NCBI GenBank assembly: GCA_951406725.2
Contig: OX597831.1
Span: forward strand, 77,128,001-77,192,000
Direction of reading: 5' to 3'
From: Octopus vulgaris
Taxonomy: Eukaryota
DNA: 64,000 nt
How positions within the stretch are numbered: position 1 is the first letter of the stretch; each line of letters starts with the position of its first letter. Below the pieces are notes generated by a model. It was not told the origin of the DNA, did no database searches, and was given only the letters and a program-made list of their open reading frames with translations. Positions 29,393 to 43,299 of the stretch are shown here, in pieces. A program made the translations under genes and the position numbers.

Positions 29393-30135
29393 TTTTATTT
29401 TTATAGCGTGCTTTCACTTCACTACCGAGCGCAGCTCTGTGTGCCTTGGGTATGTGCTGTGATTTGTTGTGATGCTCTGATGGTTATTGTATGGAAAGTG
29501 TTCTGCGTAGGATGTGTGCAGTGCCTAGTAGTGCAGTTTTCTGTGTTATATGTGTTTGTAAGTCCTGGTGTTTTTGTTATGTATTTGTTTGAGTATTTTT
29601 TTATCATGCCTAATGCGCCTACTATGATAGGAATTGTTTCTATTTTTAGATTCCACATTCTGGTTACCTCTATTTCCAGGTCTTTGTATTTTGAGAGTTT
29701 TTCCATTTCTTTTAGAGACACGTTGTCATCTGCCGGTATTGATACATCAATTAGAAAGCATTTTTTTCTTCATGATCTCTGACAACTATATCTGGTCTGT
29801 TAGCCTTAATTTCTCTATCTGTGTGTATCGGCATATCCCAGAGTATGGTTGCTTTCTCGTTTTCTGTGACCTTTTGTGGTGTGTGCCTATACCATCTTTT
29901 TTCTGTTGTTATTCCATAATGTTGGCATAGCTTCCAGTGTATGTAGGTTCCAACTCTGTCATGTCTGTGAATATATTCCTTCTTAGCCAGGACTGGGCAG
30001 CCAGAGATAATATGATTTATTGTTTCTTGTCCAACCCCACATATTCTGCAGTTACTTGTTATATTTCTTTTCATTACACATTTTTGGTAATTTCTGGTGG
30101 GGAGGCTTTGGTCTTGTGCTGCAATTAAAAATCCT
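29393..30135 (-). mobile_element. R4/Dong-clade LINE 3' fragment (CCHC knuckle plus restriction-like endonuclease)
   Basis: CRICG..ETINHIISGC, RHDRV, ILWD, NRPDIVV, EKLSKYKDL, IPIIVGALG; abuts (TAA)n, the known Dong target. Confidence 0.9.
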
Positions 30136-30297
30136 GGGGAAAGAGTACAGCAGGGTTCGCACCACCCTCTGCCGGAGCTTCGTGGAGCTTTAGGTGTTTT
30201 CGCTCAATAATCACTCACAAGATCCGGTCTGGGAATCGAAACCGCGATCCTACGACCGTGAGTCCGTTGCCCTAACCACTGAACCATTGCGCCTCCA
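30135..30297 (-). mobile_element. SINE family C, 5' part
   Basis: TGGAGGCGCAATGGTTCAGTGGTTAGGGC head on the minus strand. Confidence 0.87.
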
Positions 30298-31566
30298 CAT
30301 TTATAAAGGCATTACAGTAATGATCCATAGAAGATTGTTTTTGTTCTTTTTCTTTTAGATGGATTTTAAGTTCAGCAAACGAGACAAATGTTGGGCAGTG
30401 TTTAGTATCACGATGATACCAGTAATAGACGGCTGGCTAATTGCAACCTAGCGATTGCTCAATCACTGTTTTTGTATACCAGTAACAGTAGATTTTGTCT
30501 TTGAATGCGGTTACCAGTGAATAAATGCTACTGACAAAGTTCAACAATGCAGAAATGTGCATGTACCACTCTCCCTGTCGCCGATGGACAATTTTCGCCT
30601 ACTACTTATATATTATTAGTATTATCCTGCGTTTGAGAATTTAAAATCACTTCTTTAACTTTCTAAGACATCTCAACACTTCTAAAGCAAACTTCGTCTG
30701 TTTGTTTACGTTCATCGTAATTTGTATTTAATATATATTTGTGATTTTAAATGCAGTACACCCATAAGGGATATCATCGCCGAACGAATACTGCTGTTAA
30801 TCTGGCTTATCGCGATCTATTTGCATTAAGTGTGTTATATAGATAGCTACATTCTCCTTCCGGTTCTTTACGTTCTGAATGCAAATCCTACGGAGATCAC
30901 TTTTGCCTTCCATCCCATCAAAGTACCAGTGAAATACTGGGGTTGATAGCAGCGCCTAACATCCTCACCTAAAAAAGTTTTGACCTGGTACCTAAAATAA
31001 GGATTATTATTAAGATGGTGCATTTGCTGAAGGGATAAAGGGAGGAATAATTTATACATTGTATGTCTGAGTCTTGACATCCTGAGTCCAAATCCCGCCA
31101 AGGTTAACTTCGCTTTTCATACTTCCGGGATCGATAGAATAAAGCATCAGCTACGTAGTGATACCATTCATCCAACTGTAACCTTATCTGGTATCCAATT
31201 TAAAATCATTTATTAATTACTGAGAAATAAAGCTTAGGAATCGAGTTGAATATAAAATGGTCAAATTCGATTTTAAGGAGATTTGACTGCTATTTCTACC
31301 AGGTCGAGCAGGTATGTAGATTCTTTCTACTTGATATTGTGTGTTTCATTCTTTACAAGCCGATCAACACCATAAACACGTCAAACGCCACATGACATCA
31401 AAGGCGCTGAACCGAAGAAAAGTTTGTGGTTTGCTTGCTCAGGTAAAACATTTAAACATCAATTCGGAAATTTATGCAAGGTTACCCGCTTCCATCACGT
31501 ATCAGTTGATTTCGTTAATCCTCACCACCTAACCGGTTTAGTACCCACCTTCACCTCACACCTCTG

Positions 31567-31624
<58 letters not shown>

Positions 31625-31625
31625 A

Positions 31626-31695
<70 letters not shown>

Positions 31696-32047
31696 ATATC
31701 TATGAAATGACCTGATATGGGAATCTTGAAGTAAAGATTAACGGGGAGATCATTCAAACATAAAACGAATCAATACAATAATACGGAGAGAGTAAAACTA
31801 TACTTTTTATTAATCCAGTTGAATTATTCAGTTTAGATGTGCTAAAATAAAATTCCAAAATTTAGTGGTGTTACAGTTACACCCTTGGTGTTACAGTTAC
31901 CACAAAGATAAACATAAATTATCTGATATTACGTTAGATCGAGAGGCGGGTGGATATCAACTTTAGACAAATCCCCAAAAATAACGAAAGTACATAAAGA
32001 TTTTTGCTATTTTCCAAATGCATAACAAAATTTACTTCAACATTTAA

Positions 32048-32098
32048 TTTGTCAAAATATTTTCGTCGCTTTAAGAACGCGACCTGTTCACTGACAAA
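32048..32098 (-). ncRNA. Type I hammerhead motif, G3-C8 variant
   Basis: UUUGUCA-GUGAACA-G-GUCGC(GUUCUUAAA)GCGAC-GAAA-AUAUUU/UGACAAA; 7-bp stem I, palindromic AAAAUAUUUU. Confidence 0.7.
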
Positions 32099-32517
32099 AA
32101 TCCGTGCTGCTAAATGGCTTACAAACACCTTCCACACTGCAATTGTTTTCGTTTCAGCACACGATCTCAGATCAAATCACTTGCTATGCAGGTACATCCC
32201 CGTAATAACAAAATTTAGTTATACAAGAAAAGACTGTCAACTATATCTTCAGTTATAGAAAACCGATAATCTGTTTATACCAATAAACGCAGATTTTCAG
32301 GAAAAAAATATTAGAAGCAAAGCTAGAAGACATAACGCCACAAGGTTTAATCCACTCTATAGTAAACATGGCAAACCAACCAAATCAAGAAATAGCTTAG
32401 CCTTGATAATAAAAGAGAATACTAATAAGCATGGATAGAAGGTATTTACTGAGAACATTTGACTATACACTACATCATGTATTGAGTACTTTTTCTCTCA
32501 GTTATTACAAACAGCTC

Positions 32518-32599
<82 letters not shown>

Positions 32600-32600
32600 C

Positions 32601-34224
32601 AGTGGGCTTGCGGCTCGGCACCTGGAGAAGCAATCCCATGCCGTCCACCAGCACCTCCGTCGTGGGACGCTGGACGGACGGCCCGGTTGAGTTGCTCGGG
32701 GTCTGGTTCGGTCCGGACCTCCAAATGGAGGAGAACTGGAACGAAATAACGAGTAGGGTGGTCACTCTCGCCCGGCAATGGGCCGAGAGGAAACTATCCC
32801 TAAAAGGTCGGGCGGAGGTGGCGAACACGTACATCGCGTCCATCATCTACTACCGCCTGACCGTCGTACCTTGTCCCGACCCTACCATCACCAAACTAGA
32901 ACGCATTCTCTTCCGCTTCCTGTGGAAAGGATGCGTCCCGATGGTCAGGCGATCCATTTGCAGGTCAACACCCGTTAAAAGGAGGGCTGGGCATGCCGTG
33001 GTTGATGATGCACAGACACGCCTGAGATTGCGACATCTCAGGCTCTTTGTAGACGACGGTGAACAGGTGTGGTCACCGTTTGTGAGACACGCTTTCCCGC
33101 AGGTCGTCTCCATGACAGAACTGCAGTCGTGTATCAAAAAGAGGCCGAGGAAGGACGAATGGCACCGCGAGTGTCGCGTTGCTCTCAAGCAACTATGCCG
33201 TCCTGGGTCGACCTTGAGTGACTTCAACACAACCAAAGCATTCTATAGGGGATTAGTGGAGGGGAGGTACGACGACGACCTTGGGGCAAACCCGGGCGTC
33301 GACGAGGAATACCTGACCTGCCTGTTTAAGACGACTTTCAGGTTGTGACCTATGGACAACTTCCAGAGATCCCTGGCCTGGCAGTGCTACCGAGAAGCGC
33401 TATCCGTTCGGGATAAGCTCTATAGGCATGGCACGAGAAACACGGGGCCGACCTGTCCGAGATGCGGGCAGAGCGACGAAACCGTTCTGCACGCACTCGT
33501 GCAGTGTCCAACAATCTCCGACCTGTGGGCTTATGTCGAACGACTGCTGTCACGTGTGGGACGTGTCGGTTTATCAGCCGAGTCTATCGTTAATATCGTC
33601 ACGCCTCCTTCCTTCAAACGGGAAGGAAGAGCTATTTTTATCATACTTGTGGCTATGGCGAAAGAATGTATCTGGTGGACGCGCCTGAAAGGATTAGAGA
33701 CAAACACTTTCCTCTCTGGTCAATCTCTCATCAACTTTTTCAAGTATCACTTGAAGAGGAAAGTGAAAGTAGAGAGGCAAGTTTTGTCTAGTGAATGTTT
33801 TTAAAAAAGATGGGTGAATGTAGCAAGGATGGCACGTATGAATGACGAACCCACCTTGACTATGATCCTATGAACCGTAAAAATTAATACAGAGAGTTGC
33901 TTATTTGTAAAAAAAATATAACATGTGACTTCATTGACCGAGGTTGCCGTGGTCTTTTCCGTAGGCTTTTCTTTCCACGGGTAAACCTCACCTGCCCTCC
34001 CCTTTACACTTTATATTGACGTTTCTGTGATAACGATCCCTATTGATCGATTTTTTTCTTTTCCCTTTTATTTTTATCCCCCCCTTTTTTTGCTTTCCTC
34101 TTTCTTGCCTTTTACGATCCCTTTTGATCGAAAACCAAACCCCCTTTTTTTACCCCCAAAAGAAAAGCTCTACCTTGTAATTTGTCCTGTCTGTGTGCAG
34201 CCCTGTGTGGCTAATAAAGAAACA
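32601..34224 (+). mobile_element. 5'-truncated Tx1-clade LINE flanked on both sides by (TATC)n
   Basis: LLGVWFG, RKLSLKGRAEV, FRFLWKG, CPRCGQSDETVLHALVQC; (TATC)n at 32518-32599 and 34225-34420. Confidence 0.93.
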
Positions 34225-34423
<199 letters not shown>

Positions 34424-34796
34424 AAATGGATCAAAGTTCTTTCCCGAGTTACAGGTTCACAAGACCGGTTTTTCCAGGATTCTGTGGCACATATATTCCG
34501 CTCTCTCCACCACCACGACCACAACCACGACCACGACCACCACGACCACCACCACGACCACACCACGACCACCACCACCACGACCACCACCACCACTACT
34601 GAACGGGGAGCCGGTTCGTCGCCGGATTATTCAGTTTTACTCACTGAGTGGACTGGAGTGACGGCAAATGAAGTGTTTTACGTTACAATGCATTGCTTGG
34701 CCCAGAAAACGAAACCACAACCTTACGATCATGAATCCACCACCGTAACCAATAAGCCATATGCCCCCCACGCACACTCACACACATATCCACACA

Positions 34797-34854
<58 letters not shown>

Positions 34855-34855
<1 letters not shown>

Positions 34856-35070
34856 TCTTTTATTCTTTTACTTGTTTCAGTCAATTGAGTGCGGCCATGC
34901 TGGAGCACTGCCTTTACTCGAAAAATCGATCCCGGGACTTATTCTTTGATTGCCTAGTACTTATTCAATCGGTATCTTTTTTTGCCGAACTGCTAGTTTA
35001 CGAGGGCGTGAACACACCAACATCGGTTGTCAAGCGATGGTGGAGGGGGGACAAAGCTCAGACACAAAGA
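34855..35070 (-). mobile_element. SINE family B, 3' half
   Basis: Tail and body similarity. Confidence 0.82.
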
Positions 35071-35074
35071 CAAA

Positions 35075-35165
<91 letters not shown>

Positions 35166-35193
35166 GTGTATACATATATATATATATATATAC

Positions 35194-35278
<85 letters not shown>

Positions 35279-35480
35279 GTATACATACATATATATATAT
35301 AAATATGCGCGTGTAACGTTGATGCCTTCGAGCGGAACGAAATGTATTTTATTCAGCTCATTGTTTATATAAAGCATTTATATACACACATACATACATA
35401 CATGGATGTATATATATGTACATATATGTATGCGCATATATATATATATATTTAAATATATATATATATATATATATATA

Positions 35481-35547
<67 letters not shown>

Positions 35548-35961
35548 CCTACATATATATATATACACAAGCGCACAAACATAGACACACAAATATTTAA
35601 AATATGCGTCTGAACTGTGTGTGTGGTTTGCATAACTGTATTTTATTCTTTTTATAATTCAACTGTTTAGTCATTTTTAATCCACAATTCTGACAAGCTT
35701 TTTCTCGAACAATCCATCAGTCTGTGTGCAGCCATTAGACCATGGCAAATGAAAGAGAAAAGGGAACTTGTTAGGAATAAATCAAAACTGAAGTGCTTCT
35801 CATGTCAATTGATGTCGCCATGTTTATTTGCGAAACGACGCCCATTCATACATACATACATACATACATACATACATACATACATACATACATACATACA
35901 TACATACATACATACATACATACATACATACAAACATGCATGCATACATACATATATATAT

Positions 35962-36004
<43 letters not shown>

Positions 36005-36012
36005 TATATATA

Positions 36013-36059
<47 letters not shown>

Positions 36060-36243
36060 ATATATATATACATACATACATACATACATAGATGTATATA
36101 CATACATACATATGTACATATGTATATATATATACATACATGCATATATATATATATATATATACACATACATACATACATATACATTTACAAAGACACA
36201 CACACACACATATATATGTGTGTGAGGTGCCTGTGTGTCTGTA

Positions 36244-36289
<46 letters not shown>

Positions 36290-36290
<1 letters not shown>

Positions 36291-36575
36291 TTTTACTTGT
36301 TTCGCTTATCAAACTGCGGCCCTGCTGGTGCACTGCTATGAAGACTCCTTTTAGTCGAACGAATCGACTCCAGTACTTTTTTAAAAAACCAGGTACTTAT
36401 TCAATCGATATCTTTTGCCACACTGTTAAGTTACGTGGACGTAAACACACAAACACCGGTTGTGGGGAACAAGCATAGACCCAAAGACACACACACACAC
36501 ACACACACACCTAAACGACGGCTTTCCTTCAATTTCCGTCTATCAATTCCTCTCACAAGGCTTTGGTTGGCCCAG
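36290..36575 (-). mobile_element. Diverged SINE family B
   Basis: Body similarity with internal (CA)n. Confidence 0.72.
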
Positions 36576-36679
36576 GTATGGCTTTAAGCGGCATCCAGTA
36601 ACGGGGCTCAGGTTGGGGAGTTCCAGTATGTTGAATAATGTGGAACCACCTTTTAGGTACTGTGGTTCCCAGATCTAAC

Positions 36680-36870
36680 CTGACCCAGGCCTGTGGCTGA
36701 GTTTGATCTCATTTCATCAACGGCTGATATCACACCAGCTTCTTCTATCTTGATGCTATTAATAATTGCCATTTCACAGTGTGGAGCTGTGGCTCCTGAG
36801 AACTCATCCGGTATAGCTACATGCAAGTGTCTCAGTGGAGTACCGAAAACACTGTTGTATTTCCCATTCA
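36680..36870 (-). mobile_element. Small LINE ORF2 fragment (region just before the RT domain, CR1-group-like)
   Basis: YNSVFGTPL...SIKIEEAGVISAVDEMRSNSATGLG resembles the ..SA.GPDG pre-RT segment. Confidence 0.5.
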
Positions 36871-36889
36871 TGTATATGTGTATGTATGT

Positions 36890-37215
36890 AGGGGACAACA
36901 TTTCACAGTGAAAAGCAGCTTCACATGTGCTTCGGAGAACCCGATATACGCACTAACCTGCTCTGGGTGTCAAACAAAGAAACTACGTCAAAGGATGGCT
37001 CGGTACAGATCCCAGATCAAAATTTAAAAAAAAAACCCAGAAAAATAACATTCAACCAACGCATTGATATTTCCGCCATTAACAAAAATCGAAGCTTCAG
37101 AATTTCCCCCCTCTATCAATTCAGGGACGATACATCTTGTAACCAACGAATTAGTAAAGGGTTTCTCTTTATTTATAAAATACAGACCCCTTTTGAACGC
37201 ATCTACAACAAATGA
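36890..37215 (+). mobile_element. Penelope-like element GIY-YIG endonuclease remnant (Neptune-type with CxxC)
   Basis: FTVKSSFTCASENPIYALTCSGC..LRQRMARYRSQIK then frameshifted FRISPLYQF..R..K.FLFI; YIG motif deleted. Confidence 0.72.
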
Positions 37216-37399
37216 CATATCCACCACGACCTTAGAATAACACACACGCAAATATTAAAAATGATACATTGAAAAGAGATACCCAAGAATTCATTAAAAA
37301 CAGTCTCAAATCCATCACGAGTCACTTTTAGGTCATTTGACCATTTAAACCCTACAACTATCATACCACTTACATTCCTTTCTTATTCTCCTTTCCAAA

Positions 37400-37720
37400 C
37401 GCATGGATGGGAAGTGCTGCCACACCCGCCGTACTCTCCTGATTTGGCACCAACGGATTTCCACCTCATTCCATCTCTTTCAAATGCTATGCGCGGAGTT
37501 TTGTTGAATACTGATGCAGAATTGAGAGCTTGGTTGGATCAATTTTTCGAGTCGAAATCGGGTAATTTCTACCAACGAGGTATTGAAAATCTTGTTGAAT
37601 GTTGGAAAAAAGTTGTAAACAACAAGGGTGAATACATTATTGATTAATTAGTTGTTATTTTTTATTAAAACTTAAAAAATTTAAATTAGAAAACAAAACG
37701 GCGGGAACTTAGTTACCAAC

Positions 37721-37724
<4 letters not shown>
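37400..37724 (+). mobile_element. Mariner (DD34D) transposon 3' end with TIR
   Basis: WEVLPHPPYSPDLAPTDFHL...FYQRGIENLVECWKKVVNNKGEYI; terminal CGGCGGGAACTTAGTTACCAACCCAA|TA. Confidence 0.93.
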
Positions 37725-37782
<58 letters not shown>

Positions 37783-37819
37783 GTTGGTAACTAAGTTGCC
37801 GCCGTTTTGTTTTCTAATT

Positions 37820-37863
<44 letters not shown>

Positions 37864-37942
37864 AGATAATAAAGAAAGCTGGAAATAACTTGAAGGAGAT
37901 AGAGTAGTTTCTTTTTATAACAACGACATCATAAATATACAC

Positions 37943-37983
<41 letters not shown>

Positions 37984-38660
37984 TATACACACATATATAT
38001 GTATACATGTATATACATACATGTATACATATTTATGTGTGTGTGCGCGTGTAAATAAATGTATATATACACATATATATATATGTCTGAATATGTGTGT
38101 GTGATGGATGGATGGAGAGTGTTCATGCATAGGATCACACCTCATTCGTAGACAGCGTATGTACCACTGGGTCCATAAAACGTGTCATAAAAATCATATG
38201 AGACACACATAGTTATATACAAAACACATTCGCACAAACATCCACGCAGACGAACTGACGGAGACATACACATTTCTATACACGCACACACACACACACA
38301 CAAACATATATATATATATATAAATATACACATACATATACATACATATATATATATATATATATAAACATACATATATATGTATATGTATATATTCATA
38401 TGTATATATATATATATGTAGGTATATGTATGTGTATATTTATATATATATATATGTTTGTGTGTGTGTGTGTGCGTGTATAGAAATGTGTATGTCTACA
38501 TATATATATATATGTATATATTCATATGTATATATTCATATGTATATATATGCATATATATGCATATATGTGTATATATATATTTATGTATATATAAACA
38601 CACCTATATATATATATACTATGTATACATATATATATATATATATACATACATACTTAC

Positions 38661-38717
<57 letters not shown>

Positions 38718-38909
38718 GATATGTATATATACATGCACACATTCATGAACACCTCTACCTAGACAGGCAGAGTATATATATATATATTTCCCAGAAATAT
38801 GTGGGTTTTGTATGTGTGCAGTTAATTGAAACAATTTATCGTAGTTTTGCCTCGCTGGTTATTAATTAGACGGGCCACCGGCATCCTCTTCAGCATTCAA
38901 GAACCTTAC

Positions 38910-38969
<60 letters not shown>

Positions 38970-39344
38970 TAACAGTCATTCATTTGCTGCCGAACAGATT
39001 TATTTCGATTTTGACGTTGAATATTTCTATTTTCTGTTGTATCTCTAGAAATGGAACACTGTATTTGACCCACCCCTATCCAAATGGAACTCTGTATTTG
39101 ACCCACCCCTATCCAAATGACGAACAAAGCTATGTGCTTTGTAGCCGGTCGTAGCAAGCTTTCCACTTTCGGGATATTGTAAAATGTAGATGGGCGAGAA
39201 AATATAATTCCGAAATAATTAAATATATATTGTGAAAGAAAACGTAAAATAGATATTTAAATAAATATACAAATAACAGGTTAACATGACTTACTCCCGC
39301 CAAAACACATAGACAAGAATATATATACTTAGATGATATGACGT

Positions 39345-39835
39345 TAGTTAGTTAGTTAGTTAATTATTTGGCTCGAAAAGCAAAATGCAAGGCCATGTAG
39401 GGGGACATGGAATTATGTACAGGATGGTGTTCATGTAAAGAGTTCAGGCCACTTGTGGTCAAGAGAGACTTTGAACCGAGCGGTCGTCGGCATCTTCACT
39501 ATCTCGTCCGGCAGCTTATTCCACGGATCCGCAACCCGGACGGAGAAAGCCCCTCTCCTTCGATTGAGATAAAATCGTCGCTGATAGAGCTTTTCGGAGT
39601 GACCCCGAAGCCGACGCTCTGGAGCAGGAGTGAAGAACAGCTCTTTCGAGAAGTTACACTTTCCGCTTATGATGTTGTGAGCAAGAATGAGATCACCACG
39701 GTCGAGCGTCTTCAGCCTTTCTTCATAAGACAAATGCTTGAGACCAAGAACCATGCGGGTAGCCAGCTTCTGGACTCTTTCGAGATGCTGTATGTCTTTG
39801 AGGAGATAAGGAGAAGAGGCTTGAATCCCGTACCC
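39345..39835 (-). mobile_element. 3' fragment of the same CR1-group LINE as 14060-15585, with a small internal deletion
   Basis: Near-identical DNA and peptide; (TAAC)n tail. Confidence 0.93.
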
Positions 39836-39869
39836 CATAGGCCATTCCTGCGCCTGTATACATATATAG

Positions 39870-40100
39870 ATAGTTGAAATTTACAGAAATTTTGCAGAAA
39901 AACAAAAGACAGGTGTATAAACAACAAACAGGTGTATTAGTTTAACGCTCGGAAAGGTGAGAAGGTCTTCTACGTTTCGAGCTTACGCTCTTCAACAGAG
40001 AGTAAGACGAGGAAGGAAACAGAGAGAGAATAAAAAACTATTGGAGCTAGCGGTCAATCATGGCGGCTGGCTGGGCAAAGATAGTTAGACAGGAGAGCTA
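39870..40100 (-). mobile_element. Small element with a minimal hammerhead-like motif (39967-40002)
   Basis: CUGUUGA-A-GAGC(GUAA)GCUC-GAAAC-GUA; A6 is U, stem I weak. Confidence 0.6.
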
Positions 40101-40129
40101 GTTTGAGAAGGGGATATATATATATATAT

Positions 40130-40542
40130 ACTCTTTTACTCTTTTACTCTTTACTCTTTTACTTGCTTCAGTCATTTGACTGAGGCCATGCTGGAGCACC
40201 GCCTTTAGTCGAGCAAATCGACCCCGGGACTTATTCTTTGTAAGCCCAGTACTTATTCCATCGGTCTCTTTTGCCGAACCGCTAAGTAACGGGGACGTAA
40301 ACACACCAGCATCGGTTGTCAAGCAATGCTAGGGGGACAAACACACATACATACACACACATATATATATATATACATATATACGACAGGCCTCTTTCAG
40401 TTTCCGTCTACCAAATCCACTCACAAGGCATTGGTCGGCCCGGGGCTATAGCAGAAGACACTTGCCCAAGATGCCACGCAGTACAACTGAACCCGAAACC
40501 ATGTGGCTGGTTAGCAAGCTACTTACCACACAGCCTATCCTA

Positions 40543-40623
<81 letters not shown>

Positions 40624-40884
40624 TTTTATTATGTTACTTGTATCAGTCATTTGACTGCGGCCATGCTGGTGGACCGTCTTCATTCGAACATATCGAACCC
40701 AGGACTTAACCTTTGTAAGCCTAGTGCTTATTCTATCGGTCTCTTTTGCCGAACCGCTGGATTACAGGGACGTAAACACACCAGCATCGGTTGTCAAGCG
40801 ATGTTGGATGACAAACACAGACACAGACACACACACGTACACACACACACGTACACATACACGTACACACACACGTACACACAT

Positions 40885-40919
<35 letters not shown>

Positions 40920-41227
40920 CATATATATAAGACGGGTTTCCTTCAGTTTCCGTCTACCAAATCCGCTCACAAGGCTTTGGTCGGCCTGAGGCTATAGTAG
41001 AAGACACTTGCCCAAGGTGCCACGCAGTGGGACTGAACCCGGAATCCTGTGGTTGGTAAGCAAACTACTTACCACACAGCCATACATATATACATATATG
41101 TATATATATTATATAGGTGCAGGAGTTGCTGTATGGTAAGTAGCTTGCTTACCAGCCACATGATTCCGGGTTCAGTCCCACTGCGTTTTACCTTCGGCAA
41201 ATATCTCCAACTGTAGCCGCGAGCTAT

Positions 41228-41259
<32 letters not shown>

Positions 41260-41480
41260 GTATATATGTGTGTGTGTGTATGATTGTGTGTCTATGTTTC
41301 TCCCCACCATTGCTTGACAACCGATGATGGTGTGTTTAATACCCCGTACCGTTGCGGTTCGGCAATAAGAGCCCGATAGAATAAGTATTAGGCTTACAAA
41401 GAATAAGTCCTTGGGACGAATTGTTCGACTAAAGTCCGTACTCCAGCATGGCCAGAGTCAAGTGATAGAAAAAAGTCTAA
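40130..41480. mobile_element. Three near full-length family B SINEs: 40130-40535 (-), 40620-41080 (-), 41115-41480 (+)
   Basis: Head, CORE-like box, internal microsatellite and tail in each. Confidence 0.9.
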
Positions 41481-41496
41481 GAATCTATATATATAC

Positions 41497-41531
<35 letters not shown>

Positions 41532-41720
41532 CATATGTATATACGTTTATATATTTGTTGTGCAAGATTTTTTATGTGAAGTCGTGTGTTGAAACAGATA
41601 TTGTTATATTTCGGAATGGTCATTTTGCCAGTTTAGCCAATAAAAACACACGCATTATATATTTGGTGTTATTTTGCTTCAGAGTTATTTATTTTTTGCA
41701 TTAATCTTAATTTTATTTCA

Positions 41721-41763
41721 GCCAGAGTTCTTTCGTCACACTCCTGTGACCGCATCAGTGGCC
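41721..41763 (-). ncRNA. Minimal type I hammerhead motif (A9C variant)
   Basis: GGCCA-CUGAUGC-G-GUCACA(GGAG)UGUGAC-GAAA-GAACUC/UGGCU. Confidence 0.62.
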
Positions 41764-42081
41764 CTTTGCTTTCTTCTTTCTTATTTGTGTCTCTCCTTAC
41801 TAACCGTCAGCCATTTTGTATTTCTATTGTATGTCTTCATTTGCGCATGCTTATATCTCTATGTGCCTCTATGTTTATTTATTGATTTGACTAACTGTAA
41901 CCTTATATATATGTATGTATATTATTATATATTATTTTGTATATACGTATATATATATATATATATATAGGTGCATGTGTATATATACTTCTATGTATGT
42001 GTATATTATATATTATGTATATGTACTCATTCTTGTATGGGTCTACCTTCTTTGATATTCATATTTAGATTGTACTTTATA

Positions 42082-42208
42082 ATCTCTGAAGAGGCCTTGG
42101 GATATATTTGTAAGTGTCTCATTTATAACCACATATTAACTTATCACACCTGGCTAATATGAGCATAATGAGATACTCATATCTACATGGCTGAAACAGC
42201 TGTAAGAT
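42082..42208 (+). ncRNA. Type I hammerhead ribozyme with intact core and ~100-nt extended stem II
   Basis: AUCU-CUGAAGA-GGCC...GGCU-GAAACAGCUGUA/AGAU; palindromic ACAGCUGU stem III; predicted cut after 42204. Confidence 0.8.
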
Positions 42209-42401
42209 ATAGTTTATATTTATATTTATTTATACATATTGTACTTATTGTATCATATTACTCATTGATGTGCACTGTTTTGTTCTGTACTATTATGTTT
42301 GACCTTGATGTTCATATGTAGTTGGTTAATAAGTTATGTGAATGGGTATTATCCGGTAGTTGATTATTGATTAAAGTGTATTTCTCCATTTTCTTATTTT
42401 G

Positions 42402-42441
<40 letters not shown>

Positions 42442-42599
42442 ATATATTACATATATTTAAGTATATACATGTATATACGTGAGATATGTGGGCATCTATA
42501 TATATATATATATATCACGGGACCACGGGACCGACCAGACCATCAGATGTTGCTACACATCAGATCATCAGATCATCAGATGTTGTTACAATGCGTTCG

Positions 42600-42825
42600 C
42601 ATTGTTTTAGCCTTCAAATGACGCCACCCCGCTGGCTAAGCGAGCAGGCCGACAGAAGAAAGAGTGGTGAAAGAGTACAGCAGGGATCAGCACCTCCTGC
42701 CGGAGCCTCGTGAAACTTTTAGGTGTTTTCGCTCAATAAACACACACAACGCCCGGTCTGGGAATCGAAACCGCGATCCAGCGACCGCGAGTCCGCTGCC
42801 CTAACCACTAGGCCATTGCGCCTCT
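42600..42825 (-). mobile_element. SINE family C
   Basis: GAGGCGCAATGGCCTAGTGGTTAGGGCAGCGGACTC head. Confidence 0.87.
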
Positions 42826-42852
42826 ACACACACATATATATATATATGTATG

Positions 42853-42941
<89 letters not shown>

Positions 42942-43299
42942 GGTATTTAGAATATATACACTCACCGAACATTGAACCTAGTAAACAGTAACGGAATTTC
43001 GGAAAATAGTCATACGACAGTGTATGGTAAATACATATTTTATGAACTTAGTCAACGTTTCATAGTCAAAAAATATTAAAAGCTGATGAAGTGATTTGGT
43101 AATTACATCAATTTGCAATAGATGACAGATGGCGCTGATGTGATGGAGATAAGGATAAATGCAAAGGAGACAACTTGCATTCAGGAGTTAGTAAAGCTAT
43201 GCTGCTTCATTAATCCTTCCTTCGCGTTCGTAGAAATATAAAGAAACCGAGGTGGGCTGAGACAATATCATCACCGGGCATGACAGCCGCAGCAGCATT

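Noticed and set aside
39048-39118. 33-bp tandem duplication
   Set aside because: Simple local duplication with no further structure
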